From Squalus acanthias (lineage: Eukaryota): a DNA stretch of 64,000 nucleotides. The position numbers and the translations under genes are program-made. The stretch lies in NCBI GenBank assembly GCA_030390025.1, contig JASTWF010000321.1:434001-498000 (forward strand), in the 5' to 3' direction. Shown here in pieces: positions 35,347 to 47,765 of this stretch. How positions within the stretch are numbered: the first letter of the stretch is position 1; each line of letters starts with the position of its first letter. Below the pieces are notes generated by a model. The model searched no databases. It was not told the origin of the DNA and saw only the letters and a program-made list of their open reading frames with translations.

Positions 35347-38313
35347 TTAACGGACTAGGCGGACCAGAAATAGCCGTAGACGTTTAGCTCTCTGCTTGTG
35401 ACCGGAAGGCACGTCTCCCCGGACCGTGTCCTGGTCCCTGGGTCGCTTGGCCCGTACCGGTAAGTCAGTAGAGTCCGCGTCATCTTGATCATCCTGTGGA
35501 GGACTGGGAATATCATGACTCCGGGTGCGGGTCCCCACAGGTGCTGAGCTGGCCTCATCCCGGGTCGTGGCTGGAGATTGTCCGGCGTCCTGGTTTCGGG
35601 TGGCCATCCTACGGGGAGCGTCCAGCTCCCTGAGTTGATCCGGTAGCGTTGCCGGCAGATCCCCCGATGTCCCAAGCGGGGCATCATTTTCATAGGGGTG
35701 CGGAGTGTTGATATCATTGTCGGGGGATCCTTCATCATTCGGGCCCGTATGACCGGTTGGGCAGGGAGCCAGATCTCGGAGCGAGACGGTGGTCTCCCGG
35801 CCATCAGGGTACCGTACGTGCGCATACGTGGGGTTTACCTCCGTTAACTCCACCTCGTCAACGAGAGGGTCGTTTTTGGCAGACCAGACGAACCTCCGGA
35901 GTAGCACCGGGCCTGGAGCCACCACCCATGACGGTAGAGACGTCCCACGTGTAGAGCGACGCCGGAATTTGAAGAATCGCTCATGAGGCGTGACATTAGT
36001 AGACGTGGAGAGAAGAGACCTGATAGAGTGTAACACGTCGGGGAGCACCGTTTCCCACTGCTGGTCCGGTAGGTTGCGTGACCTTAGTGCCAGACGGACA
36101 GCGTTCCAGATGATGGCATTGTATCGTTCAACCTGTCCGTTACCGATTGGGTGATATGGTGTCGTCCTACTTGAGGCGATTCCCCGTTGGGAGAGATAAC
36201 TTTTAAGTTCACTCGACATAAAGGAGGGACCCCGATCAGTGTGGATAAAATTGGCCGTCCCGCAAAGGGAAAAGACCTGATCGAGGCATTTAATTACCGT
36301 AGAGGTAAGCATATTAGGGCAGGGGAAGGCGAAGGGAAAGCGTGAATACTCGTCCACCATCGTAAGTAGGTAGGTGTTCCTTGTCGACGAAGGCAATGGC
36401 CCTTTAAAGTCTATGCTGAGCCTCTGCATAGGCTGCATTGCATGTATGAGTAAGCCATCTGATGGGCGAAAGAATTGTGGTTTCAATTCTGCACAAATCC
36501 TACAGGAGGAGCATGTTTTCTTTACGTCCTCGGTTGAAAATGGTAGATTTTTGGAGCGCACAAAGTGCAACATGCGGGTCACACCAGGATGGCATAAGTC
36601 CATATGCAAATCCGCCAGAGTCGACGTTGACATTGAGGAGCAAAATGCCCGTGTGAAGGTATCTGGGGCCACGTTCTGTTTGCCGGGTCGGTAACAGATA
36701 GTATATCCAAAGGCAGCCAGCTCCATCCTCCAGAGTTGAATTTTATTATTTTTGATTTTCGTGCGCCTCCGGTTATCCAACATGAAGGCCACAGAGCGCT
36801 GGTCAGTTATAAGCGTAAAATGACGCCGAGCAAGAAAATGACCCCATTGGCGTACAGCCTCGATGATGGCCGTAGCCTCCTTCTCGACGGGGGGGTAATG
36901 GAGCTCGCTACCCTGCAAGGTTCTGGATAGGAATGCCACGGGTCGGCCACCTTGATTCAAGGTAGCGGAGATCGCCACCTCCGATGCATCGCATTCGACC
37001 ACAAAAGGAAGATTTTCGTCAATGGAGCGAAGCGTGGCTTTCTCCAGCTGTCGTTTGAGGAGGTTGAAGGCAGAAATAGCCGTAGCTTCCAATGGAAAAG
37101 ACTTCGCATGGAGCAGGGGCTGTATTTTATCGGAGAAGTGTGGTATCCATTTTGCGTAATAAGCAAACATGCCAAGTGCCCGACGAAGAGAGCCGAGGTT
37201 CGTCGGGGGAGGGAGCTCCTGAAGTGGACGAAGTCGCTCTGGGTCCGGTTTAATAACACTGTTGCCCACCCAGTAGCCAAGAATGTTCACCGATGGCACC
37301 GACTTCACCGATTTGGATTCGTTTAACGTTAAGTGGCGACGGTGGAGTACGTCAAAAAATCTCTGAAGATTGGCGTCATGCTCCTTTTGATCATGGCCGG
37401 CAATAGTGATATTGTCTAAATACGGAAAGGTATCCGTCAAGTTCTCTTGCCGGACTAGGCCATCCATGGCCCGTTGGAAGACGGCCACCCCATTGGTGAC
37501 CCCGAATGGAAGGCGGCGAAACTGGAAAAGCCGACCATTGGCCTCAAAGGCCGTATACTTCTTGTCGGAGTCTTGCAGTGGCACCTGATGGTACGCGCTT
37601 TTTAAATCGAAGGTCGAGAATACCTTGTATTTGGCAAGGTTGTTGACCATGTCATCTATGCGTGGCAGCGGGTAGGCATCCAGATCGGTATATAGATTAA
37701 TAGTCTGCGAATAATCGATACACAGACGTTTTTTATGTTGTTTTAAGGGATTCCTCACGATGACGACCTGAGCCCGCCAGGGAGATGAACATGGCTCGAT
37801 AATATCGTCGACTAAAAGGCGAGAGATTTCCGCCTCAATAAACGCTCGATCGTCTTGGCTAAAGCGCCGCGATTTGGTGGCTATGGGTTTACAGCGGGGG
37901 GGAAGATTGGCAAACAGGGAGGGTTCACCGAGTAAGGCCGCCGAGAGTGCACAAAACGGCACCTTAGAAATGGTAAGCTCCGGCCTTGACCCTCCAAACT
38001 CAAAAGTGATCTTCTTGTGCTGCTTCTGGAAGTCCTGTCCCAGAAGCACATCGCTGCATAAGTTTGCGAGTACTCCGAGCCGGGTGGAGAGATACGTGCG
38101 GCCGTTGAGGATGAGGTTGACCAGACAGAAGCCAGAAGAATTGGTGGTCAGAGTCGTCAGAGCCATTGCAATCTCCCTGTCCGAGGGATAAATGTGCAGT
38201 TTTAACCTGTTGACAGCCCGCTTACTAATGAAGCTGTCAGAGCTGCAGGAGTCGATTAGCGCGCTTAGAGTGTGCCCATTTACTGAAACCTTCGTGGCTG
38301 CATGGGACAAACT
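35347..38313 (-). CDS. pol: Gypsy pol (PR-RT-RH-IN)
   Basis: LIDSCSS; LPFGVTNG and YLDN; ECDAS and EKEA; HHCC; SIDFKGP, HTDRG, VERYN; uninterrupted 987 aa ORF. Confidence 0.93.
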   Translation of the reverse strand, partial: SLSHAATKVSVNGHTLSALIDSCSSDSFISKRAVNRLKLHIYPSDREIAMALTTLTTNSSGFCLVNLILNGRTYLSTRLGVLANLCSDVLLGQDFQKQHKKITFEFGGSRPELTISKVPFCALSAALLGEPSLFANLPPRCKPIATKSRRFSQDDRAFIEAEISRLLVDDIIEPCSSPWRAQVVIVRNPLKQHKKRLCIDYSQTINLYTDLDAYPLPRIDDMVNNLAKYKVFSTFDLKSAYHQVPLQDSDKKYTAFEANGRLFQFRRLPFGVTNGVAVFQRAMDGLVRQENLTDTFPYLDNITIAGHDQKEHDANLQRFFDVLHRRHLTLNESKSVKSVPSVNILGYWVGNSVIKPDPERLRPLQELPPPTNLGSLRRALGMFAYYAKWIPHFSDKIQPLLHAKSFPLEATAISAFNLLKRQLEKATLRSIDENLPFVVECDASEVAISATLNQGGRPVAFLSRTLQGSELHYPPVEKEATAIIEAVRQWGHFLARRHFTLITDQRSVAFMLDNRRRTKIKNNKIQLWRMELAAFGYTICYRPGKQNVAPDTFTRAFCSSMSTSTLADLHMDLCHPGVTRMLHFVRSKNLPFSTEDVKKTCSSCRICAELKPQFFRPSDGLLIHAMQPMQRLSIDFKGPLPSSTRNTYLLTMVDEYSRFPFAFPCPNMLTSTVIKCLDQVFSLCGTANFIHTDRGPSFMSSELKSYLSQRGIASSRTTPYHPIGNGQVERYNAIIWNAVRLALRSRNLPDQQWETVLPDVLHSIRSLLSTSTNVTPHERFFKFRRRSTRGTSLPSWVVAPGPVLLRRFVWSAKNDPLVDEVELTEVNPTYAHVRYPDGRETTVSLRDLAPCPTGHTGPNDEGSPDNDINTPHPYENDAPLGTSGDLPATLPDQLRELDAPRRMATRNQDAGQSPATTRDEASSAPVGTRTRSHDIPSPPQDDQDDADSTDLPVRAKRPRDQDTVRGDVPSGHKQRAKRLRLFLVRLVR

Positions 38314-39288
38314 TTAGGGAAAAACAGCCGTGATGGGAGGAGGGGCAATTTTCCCTTCGGCAACTGTAGCCTTAACAGTAGTTCTTGGGGGAGGAGCAGC
38401 TCCATAGATAGCAGCTGTGAAGCTAACAGGAGCTCTCGACCGGTATACTTTAGAGGAGCGGCCTTTCTTGTTAGCAAAGGCCCGTGACTGGCATACCTTG
38501 GAAAAGTGTCCTTTCTTGCTGCAATGATTGCAGGTCACATTACGAGCCGGGCAAAATTTTCTGTGATGGCACGCCCCTCCACAAAAGAAACACTTTCTTC
38601 CTGATTGCCAGGATGCTGCTAGGGCGGGGTCGTCATCAGCGAAGGCCTCTAGGGTAGGGTCGTCGTCCGTTAGAGTAGAGTCAACATCAGTGGGGGCATC
38701 CGCCCGAGACCTACCGAAAGACTCATTAAAGGAGATAGCCGCCGCCCGTGCACGTGGTGGGAGATAAGTGTCTGCACTTTTCTTGGCCAAGTCCAAGGAA
38801 CACGCCTGGTCATAAGCAGCCCGTAAATTGAGGGTTTTATTTTCCAGCAGGCGCTGACGTATAAAAGGGGACGCGATTCCATTGATAAAGGAATCGCGGA
38901 TTAGTTCCTCTTGATACTGTTCAGCTGTAACTGCTTTAAGGTTACAATCCTTGCTGAGCCTGCGAAGTTTCTGGAGAAATTCATCGAGTGATTCCCCAGG
39001 CTGCTGCCGAGTTGTGGCCAGTAGGTGTCGAGCAAATATTTCATTTGGGGACTTGACATATAGCTGCTGTAAGATTTCGATAGCCGTGTCATAGACTATA
39101 CAGTCCTCAATATAATCATACACATGAGGAGACACGTAGTTGATAAGCATTCGTAACTTATTAGGGACATCCGCCCCACATTCTTCAAGAAAGTTGCTAA
39201 AGGTACGAAACCAATGCTTCCATACCTTCGCTGCCGCAGGTGCATTCGGGTCCAGGTCGAGACGAGCGGGTCTAAGGAGTTTCTCCAT
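38314..39288 (-). CDS. gag: Gypsy gag with two zinc knuckles
   Basis: QQPGESLDEF motif; CFFCGGACHHRKFC and CNHCSKKGHFSKVC. Confidence 0.92.
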   Translation of the reverse strand: MEKLLRPARLDLDPNAPAAAKVWKHWFRTFSNFLEECGADVPNKLRMLINYVSPHVYDYIEDCIVYDTAIEILQQLYVKSPNEIFARHLLATTRQQPGESLDEFLQKLRRLSKDCNLKAVTAEQYQEELIRDSFINGIASPFIRQRLLENKTLNLRAAYDQACSLDLAKKSADTYLPPRARAAAISFNESFGRSRADAPTDVDSTLTDDDPTLEAFADDDPALAASWQSGRKCFFCGGACHHRKFCPARNVTCNHCSKKGHFSKVCQSRAFANKKGRSSKVYRSRAPVSFTAAIYGAAPPPRTTVKATVAEGKIAPPPITAVFP

Positions 39289-40156
39289 GATGGATCAGTT
39301 TCTTGCCCTAGTTCCCTTCTGTGGTTCGAGTTGCAGCTGGTTGTTCCGAATCACCCAAAGCGTGGAGACGATATCAAGTTGATTAAATTGACGTAATAAA
39401 GACTCACTACGCACTTGAACATAAAGCAAGGCTTTAATCAACTTGTAACAAAACATGGAGGTCTAGTTAGCAGTCACTAGCTTCCTGTTTCCAGATTGTC
39501 TCTGCCCAAGGTGGGCCCATGCCTGAGTATTTATACTCCCTGGACGGCGCCCCAGCTGGCCGCCCAGTAGTACTTCCTGAGTTGTTACTTGCGATTTATG
39601 ACAGGGATGTTCGCTGATGATTGCACAGTGTTCAGTTCCATTCGCAACTTAAGTGGCAAGTAACATTCACGCCACACAAGTGCCAGGCAATGACCATCCC
39701 CAACAAGAGAAAGTCTAACCACCTCCCCTTGACATTCAATGGCATTACCATCGTCAAATCCCCCACCAACAACATCCTGGGGGTCACCATTGACCAGAAA
39801 CTTAACTGGACCAGCCACATAAATACTGTGGCAACAAGAGCAGGTCAGAGGCTGGGTATTCTGTGGCGAGTGTCTCATCTCCTGACTCCCCAAAGACTTT
39901 CCACCATCTACAAGGCACAAGTCAGGAGTGTGATGGAATACTTTCCACTTGTCTGGATGAGTGCAGCTCCAGTAACACTCAAAAAGCTCAACACCATCCA
40001 AGACAAAGCAGCCCGCTTGATTGGCACCTCATCCACCACCTTAAACATTCACTCCCTCCACCACCTTAAACATTCACTCTCTCCACCACCGGCGCACCGT
40101 GGCTGAAGTGTGTACCATCTACAAGATGCACTGCAGCAACTCGACAAGGCTTCTTT

Positions 40157-42236
40157 AGAACATAGAACATAGAACAGTACAGCACAGTACAGGCCCTTCG
40201 GCCCTCGATGTTGTGCCGAGCATTGTCCGAGACCAAGATCAAGCTATCACACTCCCTATCACTCTGGTGTGCTCCATGTGCTTATCCAATAACCGCTTGA
40301 AAGTTCCTAAAGTGTCCGACTCCACTATCACAGCAGGCAGTCCATTCCACACCCCAACCACTCTCTGAGTAAAGAATCTACCTCGGACATCCCTTCTATA
40401 TCTCCCCCCATGCACCTTATAGTTATGCCCCCTTGTAACAGCTGCCTCTACCCGAGGAAATAGTCTCTGAACATCCACTCTATCTATCCCCCTCATCATC
40501 TTATAAACCTCTATTAAGTCGCCTCTCATCCTCCTCCGCTCTAAAGAGAAAAGCCCCAACTCCCTCAATCTTTCCTCATAAGACCTCCCCCCCAAACCAG
40601 GCAGCATCCTGGTAAATCTCCTTTGCACTCTTTCCAATGCTTCCACGTCCTTCCTATAGTGAGGTGACCAGAACTGCACACAATATTCCAAATGTGGTCT
40701 CACCAAGGTCCTGTACAGTTGCAGCATAACCTCACGGTTCTTAAACTCAAACCCTCTGTTAATAAACGCCAACACACCATAGGCCTTCTTTACTGCTCTA
40801 TCCACTTGAGTGGCAACCTTCAGAGATCTGTGGATATGAACCCCCAGATCCCTCTGTTCCTCCACGTTCCTCAGAACCCTGCCGTTGACCCTGTAATCCT
40901 TATTCAAATTTGCCCTACCAAAATGAATCACCTCGCACTTATCAGGGTTAAATTCCATCTGCCATTTTTCGGCCCAGCTCTGCATCCTATCAATGTCTCT
41001 TTGCAGCCTACAACAGCCCTCCACCTCATCCACTGCTCCACCAATCTTGGTGTCATCAGCAAATTTACTGATCCACCCTTCAGTCCCCTCCTCCAAGTCA
41101 TTGATAAAAATCACAAACAGCAGAGGACCCAGCACCGACCCCTGTGGCACACCGCTGGTAACTGGTCTCCAGTCCGAAAATGTTCCATCCACCACCACCC
41201 TCTGCCTTCTATGAGATAGCCAGTTACTTATCCAATCGGCCAAATTTCCCTCTATCCCACAACTCCTTACTTTCTTCATGAGCCGACCATGGGGAACCTT
41301 ATCAAACGCCTTACTAAAATCCATGTATACGACATCAACTGCTCTACCTTCATCTACACACTTAGTTACCTCCTCAAAGAATTCAATCAAATTTGTTAGG
41401 CAAGACTTACCCTTCACGAATCCGTGTTGACTATCCCTGATTAAGTTGCCCCTTTCCAAATGGTCATAAATCCTATCCCTCAGGACCTTTTCCATTATCT
41501 TACCAACCACCGAAGTAAGACTAACCGGCCTATAATTACCAGGGTCATTCCTATTTCCTTTCTTGAAGAGAGGAACAACATTCGCCACTCTCCAGTCCTC
41601 TGGCACCATTCCCGTGGACAGTGAGGACCCAAAGATCAAAGCCAGAGGCTCTGCAATCTCCTCCCTTGCCTCCCAAAGAATCCTAGGATATATCCCATCT
41701 GGCCCAAGGGACTTATCGACCCTCAGGTTCTTCAAAATTGCTAAAACATCTTCCCTCAGAACATCTACCACCTCCAGCCTATCCACCTTTATCACACTCT
41801 CATCCTCAAGAACATGGCCCCTCTCCTCGGTGAACACTGACGAAAAGTATTCATTCATCACCTCTCCTATCTCTTCTGACTCCATGCACAAGTTCCCACT
41901 ACTGTCCTTGACCGGCCCTACCCTCACCCTGGTCATTCTTTTATTTCTCACATAAGAGTAAAAGCCTTGGGGTTTTTCTTGATCCGACCCGCCAAGGACT
42001 TCTCATGCCCCCTCCTAGCTCTCCTAAGCTCTTTTTTTAGCTCATTCCTTGCTACCTTGTACCCCTCAATCGACCCAACTGAACCTTGTTTTCTCATCCT
42101 TACATACGCTTCCTTTTTCCTCTTGACTAGACATTCAACCTCTTTTGTGAACCATGGTTCTCTCACTCGGCCATTTCCTCCCTGCCTGACAGTGACATAC
42201 CTATCAAGGACACGCAGTAATTGCTCCATGAAAAAG
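40157..42236 (-). mobile_element. 5'-truncated CR1 (family A-related) with an uninterrupted 570 aa RT ORF
   Basis: ORF 40239-41951 has all RT motifs; agaacat-repeat tail; cttt duplication at the flanks. Confidence 0.93.
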
Positions 42237-42556
42237 CTTTGACAGCACCTTCCAAACCCGCGACCTCTACCAGCTAGAAGGACAAGTGCAGGAGACGCAT
42301 GGGAACACCATCACCTTCAAGTTCCCCTCCAAGTTACACACCATCCTGATTTGGAGATATATCACTGTTCCTTCATCGTCGTTGGGTCAAAATCCTGGAT
42401 CTCCATCCCTAACAGCACTGTGGGAGTACCTTCACCACAAGGACTGCAGCGGTTCAAGAAGGCGGCTCACCACCACCTTCTCAAGGGCAATTAGGGATGG
42501 GCAATAAATGCTGGCCTTGCCAGCGATGCCCACATCCCAGGAACAAATAAAAAAAA

Positions 42557-43800
42557 CCTCTTCTCTGGGTTGAATTTTATCTGTCATGTGTCCGCCCATT
42601 CCATTAGCCTGTCAATGTCTTCTTAAAGTCTATTGCTGTCTTCCTCGCTGTTTACTATATTTCCAAGTTTCGTGTCATCTGCCAATTTCGAAATTGTGCA
42701 CTGTACCCCCAAGTCCAAATCATTAATGTATATCAAAAACAGCAGTAGTCCCAGTATTAAACCTTGGGGAAAGCCACTGTATACCTCCCTCCAGTCCGAA
42801 CAACAGCCATTCACCACAACTCTGCTTTCTATCCTTTAGCCAATTTTGTATCCATGTTGCTACTGCCCCTTTTATCCCATGGGCTTCAATTTTGATAAAA
42901 AGCCGAATATGTGGTACTTTATCAATCACCTTTTGAAAGTCCATGTACACAACATCAACTGCACTGCCCTCATCCAAACTCTCTGTTACCTCATCAAAAA
43001 ATTCAATCAAGATAGCCAAACACAATTTGCCCTTAACTAATCTGTGCTGGCTCTCCTTTATTAGCCCACGCTTGCCCATTTTCTCCCGAATTATTATTTC
43101 TAAAAGCTTCCCCACCACCGACGTTAAACTGACTGGCCTATAATTGCCAGGTTTATCCTTCTCCCCTTTTTGAACAAGGGTGTAACATTTGCAATCCTCC
43201 AGCCCTCTGGCACCACCCCTGTATCTAAGGAGGATTGGAAGGTTGTGGCCAGTACCTTTGCAAAATCTACCCTTACTTCCCTCAGCTACCTAGGATGCAT
43301 CCCATCGTTCCGGGTGACTTATCCACTTTAATTACCGCCAGCCTTTCTAGTAGCTCCTCTTTATCTATTTTTATCTCATCCAGTATCACAGCATCCTCCT
43401 CGTTTACCATAGCTTTGGCAAAGTCCTCTTCCTTGGTAAACTCTGATGCAAAGTACTCAGTTCGTACCTCCTGCCTCCACCAATAGTTCTCCATTTTGGT
43501 CCCTAATCGGCCTCACTGCTCCTCTGACAACCCTTTTACTGTTAATATCCCTATAGAAGACCTTTGGATTCCCTCTTATGTTAGCTGCCTATCTATTCTC
43601 GTACTCTCTTGGCCACTCTTATTTACTTTATCACTTGTCCTCTGTACTTTTTCTTCTCAGCCTGATTCTCCCTTGTTATTATCAAGCTGACATCTGTCAT
43701 GTGCCCCCTTTATCTGCTCCATCCTACTCTCTAACTCCCCAGTCATCCAGGGAGCTCTGGCTTTGGTTGCCCTCCCTTTCCCACTTGTGGGAACGTATCT
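42557..43800 (-). mobile_element. Degenerate CR1 RT fragment
   Basis: VDVVYMDFQK, YINDLDLG, KLADDTKLG. Confidence 0.82.
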
Positions 43801-43894
43801 AGGGAGGGAAAATGCTAGAATCTATTATTAAGGACGTAGTAATGCAGGGCACTTAGAAAATAGTAATATGATTGGGCAGAGTCAACATGGTTTT

Positions 43895-44040
43895 TGAGAT
43901 GCTCCTTAAAACCTACATCATCTGTCCTTATATCTCCTCATGTGACTCGGTGCCACATTTTGTTTGATAACACTCCTGTGAAGCAAATTGGGTCATTTTA
44001 CTATGTTAAAGGCACTATATAAATGCAAGTTGTTGTTGCT
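43895..44040 (+). mobile_element. L2 LINE 3' tail
   Basis: Matches the tail at 47255-47420 (ttaaaggcactatataaatgcaagttgttgttg). Confidence 0.65.
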
Positions 44041-44044
44041 TTAG

Positions 44045-44325
44045 TGGTGTTGGTTGAGAGATTAACATTGGGCGGGATACCGTGAGAGCTCCCCTGCTCT
44101 TTTTCGAATAGTGCCATGGGATCTTTTATATCCACCTGAGAGGGGAGATGAGGAGTTGGTTTAATGTCTCATCTGAAAGACGGCACCTTTAACAGTGTAG
44201 CACTCCCTCAGTACTGCACTGGAGTGTCAGCCTGAATTACATGCTCAACTCTCTGGAAGGGAATGTGGACCCACGATCTTCTGACTCAGAGGTGAGAGTG
44301 TTACCAACTGAGCTACAGCTGACAC
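44045..44325 (-). mobile_element. Deu-domain SINE (SacSINE1/AmnSINE1-like)
   Basis: Reverse complement contains ggtgccgtctttcagatgagacattaaacc...aaaagatcccatggcactattcgaa...agagcaggggag preceded by a tRNA-like head. Confidence 0.75.
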
Positions 44326-44375
44326 ATGATCCTGGAGTTAGGTTCTGGAATACCACACTTGCCCTTGGTTTAATG

Positions 44376-44510
44376 TGTAATATATGTGGGCAGAACAAAC
44401 GAAGACAGAGACAGGATGAGTTGTTAGTCAAGGTGCTTGTTTACTAGGCCAGAATGAACTGAGCATGCTCATACTAAACCATGTGACAAACCATGTGATA
44501 ATACATTACA
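44376..44510. mobile_element. Short solo LTR (135 bp)
   Basis: tgtaat...attaca termini flanked by a 5 bp TSD taatg (44371-44375 and 44511-44515). Confidence 0.7.
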
Positions 44511-44794
44511 TAATGCAAACATCGACTCCTTCCTATCGCCCAAAGAGTGTCCCAAGGAATTAGGGAGTAAATTTCACGTAAATTCAAAGGTCACAGCACC
44601 ACATGGTGTGTGAGGAAGAGACACAGGCAGAAGAAGGAAAAAAAACAACAGGGTTAGCAAAGTAGTCTGTGTGATTGTCTATGGTTTGGGGTTTACGGGT
44701 GTCAGCTTAGCTCGGATCAGAGCGCACAATGTAGGCCATGTAAGAATATCGATATGTTTTTGCATTACTTGTGTTTTTAACAAAGACAAAAAAG

Positions 44795-46305
44795 AAATCA
44801 AGAAACGGCTGAGTGCACTAGATCCAGCAAAGGCTATGGGCCCCGACAACATCCTGGCTGTCGTGCTGAAGACTTGTGCTCCAGGACTAGCCGCCCTTCT
44901 AGCCAAGCTTTTTCCAGTACAGCTACAACACTGGCATCTACCCGACAATGTGGAAAATTGCCCAGCTATGTCCTGTCCACAAAAAAAAGGACAAATCCAA
45001 CCCAGCCAACTTTTTCTTTTATTCATTCATGGGATGTGGGCGTCGCTGGCAAGGCCAGCATTTATTGCCCATCCCTTACTCACCAATAACCTGCTCATCA
45101 ATGCTCAGTTTAGGTTCTGCCAGGACCACTTGGTTACAGACCTCATTACAACCTTAGTCCAAACACGGAAAAAAAAACGGATTCCAGAGGTGAGGTGAGA
45201 GTGACTGCCCTTGACATCAAGGCAGCATTTGACGGAGTGTGGTATCAAGGAGTCCTAGTAAAATTGAAGTCAATGGGAATCAGGGGGAAAACTCTCCACT
45301 GGCTGGAGTCATACCTAGTACAAGGGAAAATGTCAGGCATGACCTACCTTTCACAAATCCATGCGGGCTCTCTCTGATCAACTAAAAATGTTCAAGGTGT
45401 TCAGTCACCCTATCCTTAATTATAGACTCTAGCAATTTCCCGACAACAGATATTAGGCTAACTGGTCTATAATTCCCTGGTTTCCCTCTCTTGCCATTCT
45501 TAAATAGCGGAGTGACATGCTTAATTTTCCAATCTAAAGGGACGGTTCCTGAATCGAGAGAACTTTGGAAGATTATAGTTAGGGCATCTGCAATGTGCTC
45601 ACCTACTTCCTTTAAAACCCTGGGATGGAAACCATCTGGTCCTGGGGATTTGTCACTCTTTAGTGCCATTATTTTCTTCATTACTGTTAATTTTATCGAG
45701 TCCCTGTCCCCGATTCAATATTAGTTTCTTTGGGATTTCCAGCATGCTATCCTCTTCTTCTACTGTAAATACTGTAGAATGGAACATGGTTGTGGTTGTT
45801 GGAGGTCAATCATCTCAGCCCCAGGACATCGCTGCAGGAGTTCCGCAGGACAGTGTCCGAGGCCCAACCATCTTCAGTTGCTTCATCAATGACCTTCCCT
45901 CCATCATAAGTTCAGAAGTGGGGATGTTCACTGATGACTGCGCAGTGTTCAGTTCCATTCGCAACTCCTCAGATAATGAAGCAGTCCATGCCTGCATGCA
46001 GCAAGACCTGGAAAACTTTCAGGCTTGGGCTGATAAGTGGCAAGTAACAGTTGCGCCACACAAGTGCCAGGCAATGAATATCTTCAAAAAGCGAATGTCT
46101 AACCAACTCCCCATGACATTCAATGGGATTACCATCGCCAAATCCCCCACCATCAACATCCTGGGGGTCACCATTGACTAGAAACTTAACTGGACCAGCC
46201 ACATAAATACTGTGGCTACAAGAGCAGGTCAGAGGCTGGGTATTTTGTGGCGTGTGTCTCACCTCATGACTCCCCAAAGCTTTTCCACCATCTACAAGAC
46301 ACAAG
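44795..46305 (+). mobile_element. CR1 family B fragment interrupted by a minus-strand CR1 piece (about 45331-45775)
   Basis: MGPDNI...LAKLF, ALDIKAAFD, GVPQDS, MFTDD; the internal minus-strand piece reads KSPGPDGFHPRVLKE. Confidence 0.82.
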
Positions 46306-46680
46306 TAAGGAGGATAGCATGCTGGAAATCCCAAAGACACATTAACCAACTTTTTTATCATGGCAATCGCTCGATTGGGCTGAATGCTTCTTCATGTGTA
46401 CAAACAATGATCCAATCAGATTCATAAATCACTAAAAGTAGTGACGCAGCATAACAAAGCCATAAAACATGCAAACAAAGCATTGGGGCTGAATTCTAGA
46501 GGGATAGAATTGAACAGGGGAGTTTTCAACTTGTATGGATCCCTGGTTAGATCACACTTGGAGGATTTTGCACAGATCTGGTCTCCAGAAACCCCGATAT
46601 ACAGCCAGTCTATTCGTGTGTTAACCATGAATCAGGTCAGAGCACATTCCTGAGATGTTTTATGGTGGTCCTCCCCAGCA

Positions 46681-47421
46681 TCTGTCTGAGGCTGAACCAG
46701 ACTGTTCACAACCTGGGTGTCATATTTGACCCTGAAATGAGCTTCTGACCACCTATCCACGCCATCACTCAGACCGCCTATTTCCACCTCCGTAACATCG
46801 CCCAACTCCGCCCCACCTCAGCTCATCTGCTGCTGAAACCCTCAGCCATGCCTTTGTTAACTCAAGACTTGACTATTCCAACGCAATCCTATCTGGCCTC
46901 ACACATTCTCCCCTCCGTAAACTTGAGGTCAGACAAAACTCAGCCGCCCGTGTCCTAACTCGCACCAAGTCCCGTTCACCCATCGCCCCAGTGCTCGCTG
47001 ACTTACATTGGCTCCCGGTTATGCAAAGACTCAATTTTCAAATTCTCATTCTTGTTTTCAAATCCTTCCATGGCCTCGCCCCTCCCGAATCTCCTCCAGC
47101 CCCCAATCCTCCTGCGCTCCTCAAATTCTGGCTTCTTGAGCATCTCTGATTATAATCGCTCAATCATCGGTGTCCGTGAATTCAGCTGCCAATGCCCTAA
47201 GCTCTGGAATTCCCCCCCTAACCCTCTCCGCCTCTCTATCTCTCTCCTCCTTTAAGACGCTCCTTAGAACCTACCTCTTTGACCAAGCTTTTGGTCATCT
47301 GCCCTAATATCTACTTGTGTGGCTCATTGTCAAATTTTGTTTTATAACGTTCCTGTGAAGTGCCTTGGGATGATTTACTACGTTAAAGGCACAATATAAA
47401 TACAAATTTTTGTTGTTGTTG
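46681..47421 (+). mobile_element. L2 LINE 3' fragment
   Basis: Translates to LGVIFDPEMSF, HLRNIA, SRLDYSNA, QNSAAR, LHWLP; (ttg)n tail. Confidence 0.85.
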
Positions 47422-47765
47422 CATTTCTCCTAACCAATAAAAACAGTGATAATAATAATTGAAATATTCCTAAAAAGTGCGTCTTGTCATTTGGGCCTGC
47501 AAGCCCCGGCCATATTACTTTCTCAAAACATTCCCACATGACAGGGTCGATGGTAAATGTTATTGTCAACAGGTCATCTCACACATGTAGAATGCTGAAC
47601 TATTTAGCCTAAACAATACAGTAAATCGGAGGATGTGACGCTACGCTGTGGCCATGCCGTACCTTGAGCACTGGGCCCTGTTCTGGTCATGAAGACATCA
47701 AGGGAGTTTTTCAATACCAGGATGCACTGGATGAGACTGATCCTTGGGGGAAAAGGACTGAATTT

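Larger units (their letters stand above)
35094..39603 (-). mobile_element. Full-length Ty3/Gypsy LTR retrotransposon (Mag-like gag) with identical 215 bp LTRs
   Basis: LTRs 35094-35308 and 39389-39603 read identical, TG...CA ends, TSD gggat, PPT at 35309-35320. Confidence 0.97.
34343..42555 (+). mobile_element. CR1 family B copy, split by the Gypsy element and by a CR1 family A copy
   Basis: Contiguous pieces 34343-35093, 39604-40156 and 42237-42555 reconstruct one RT C-terminus plus tail. Confidence 0.88.
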
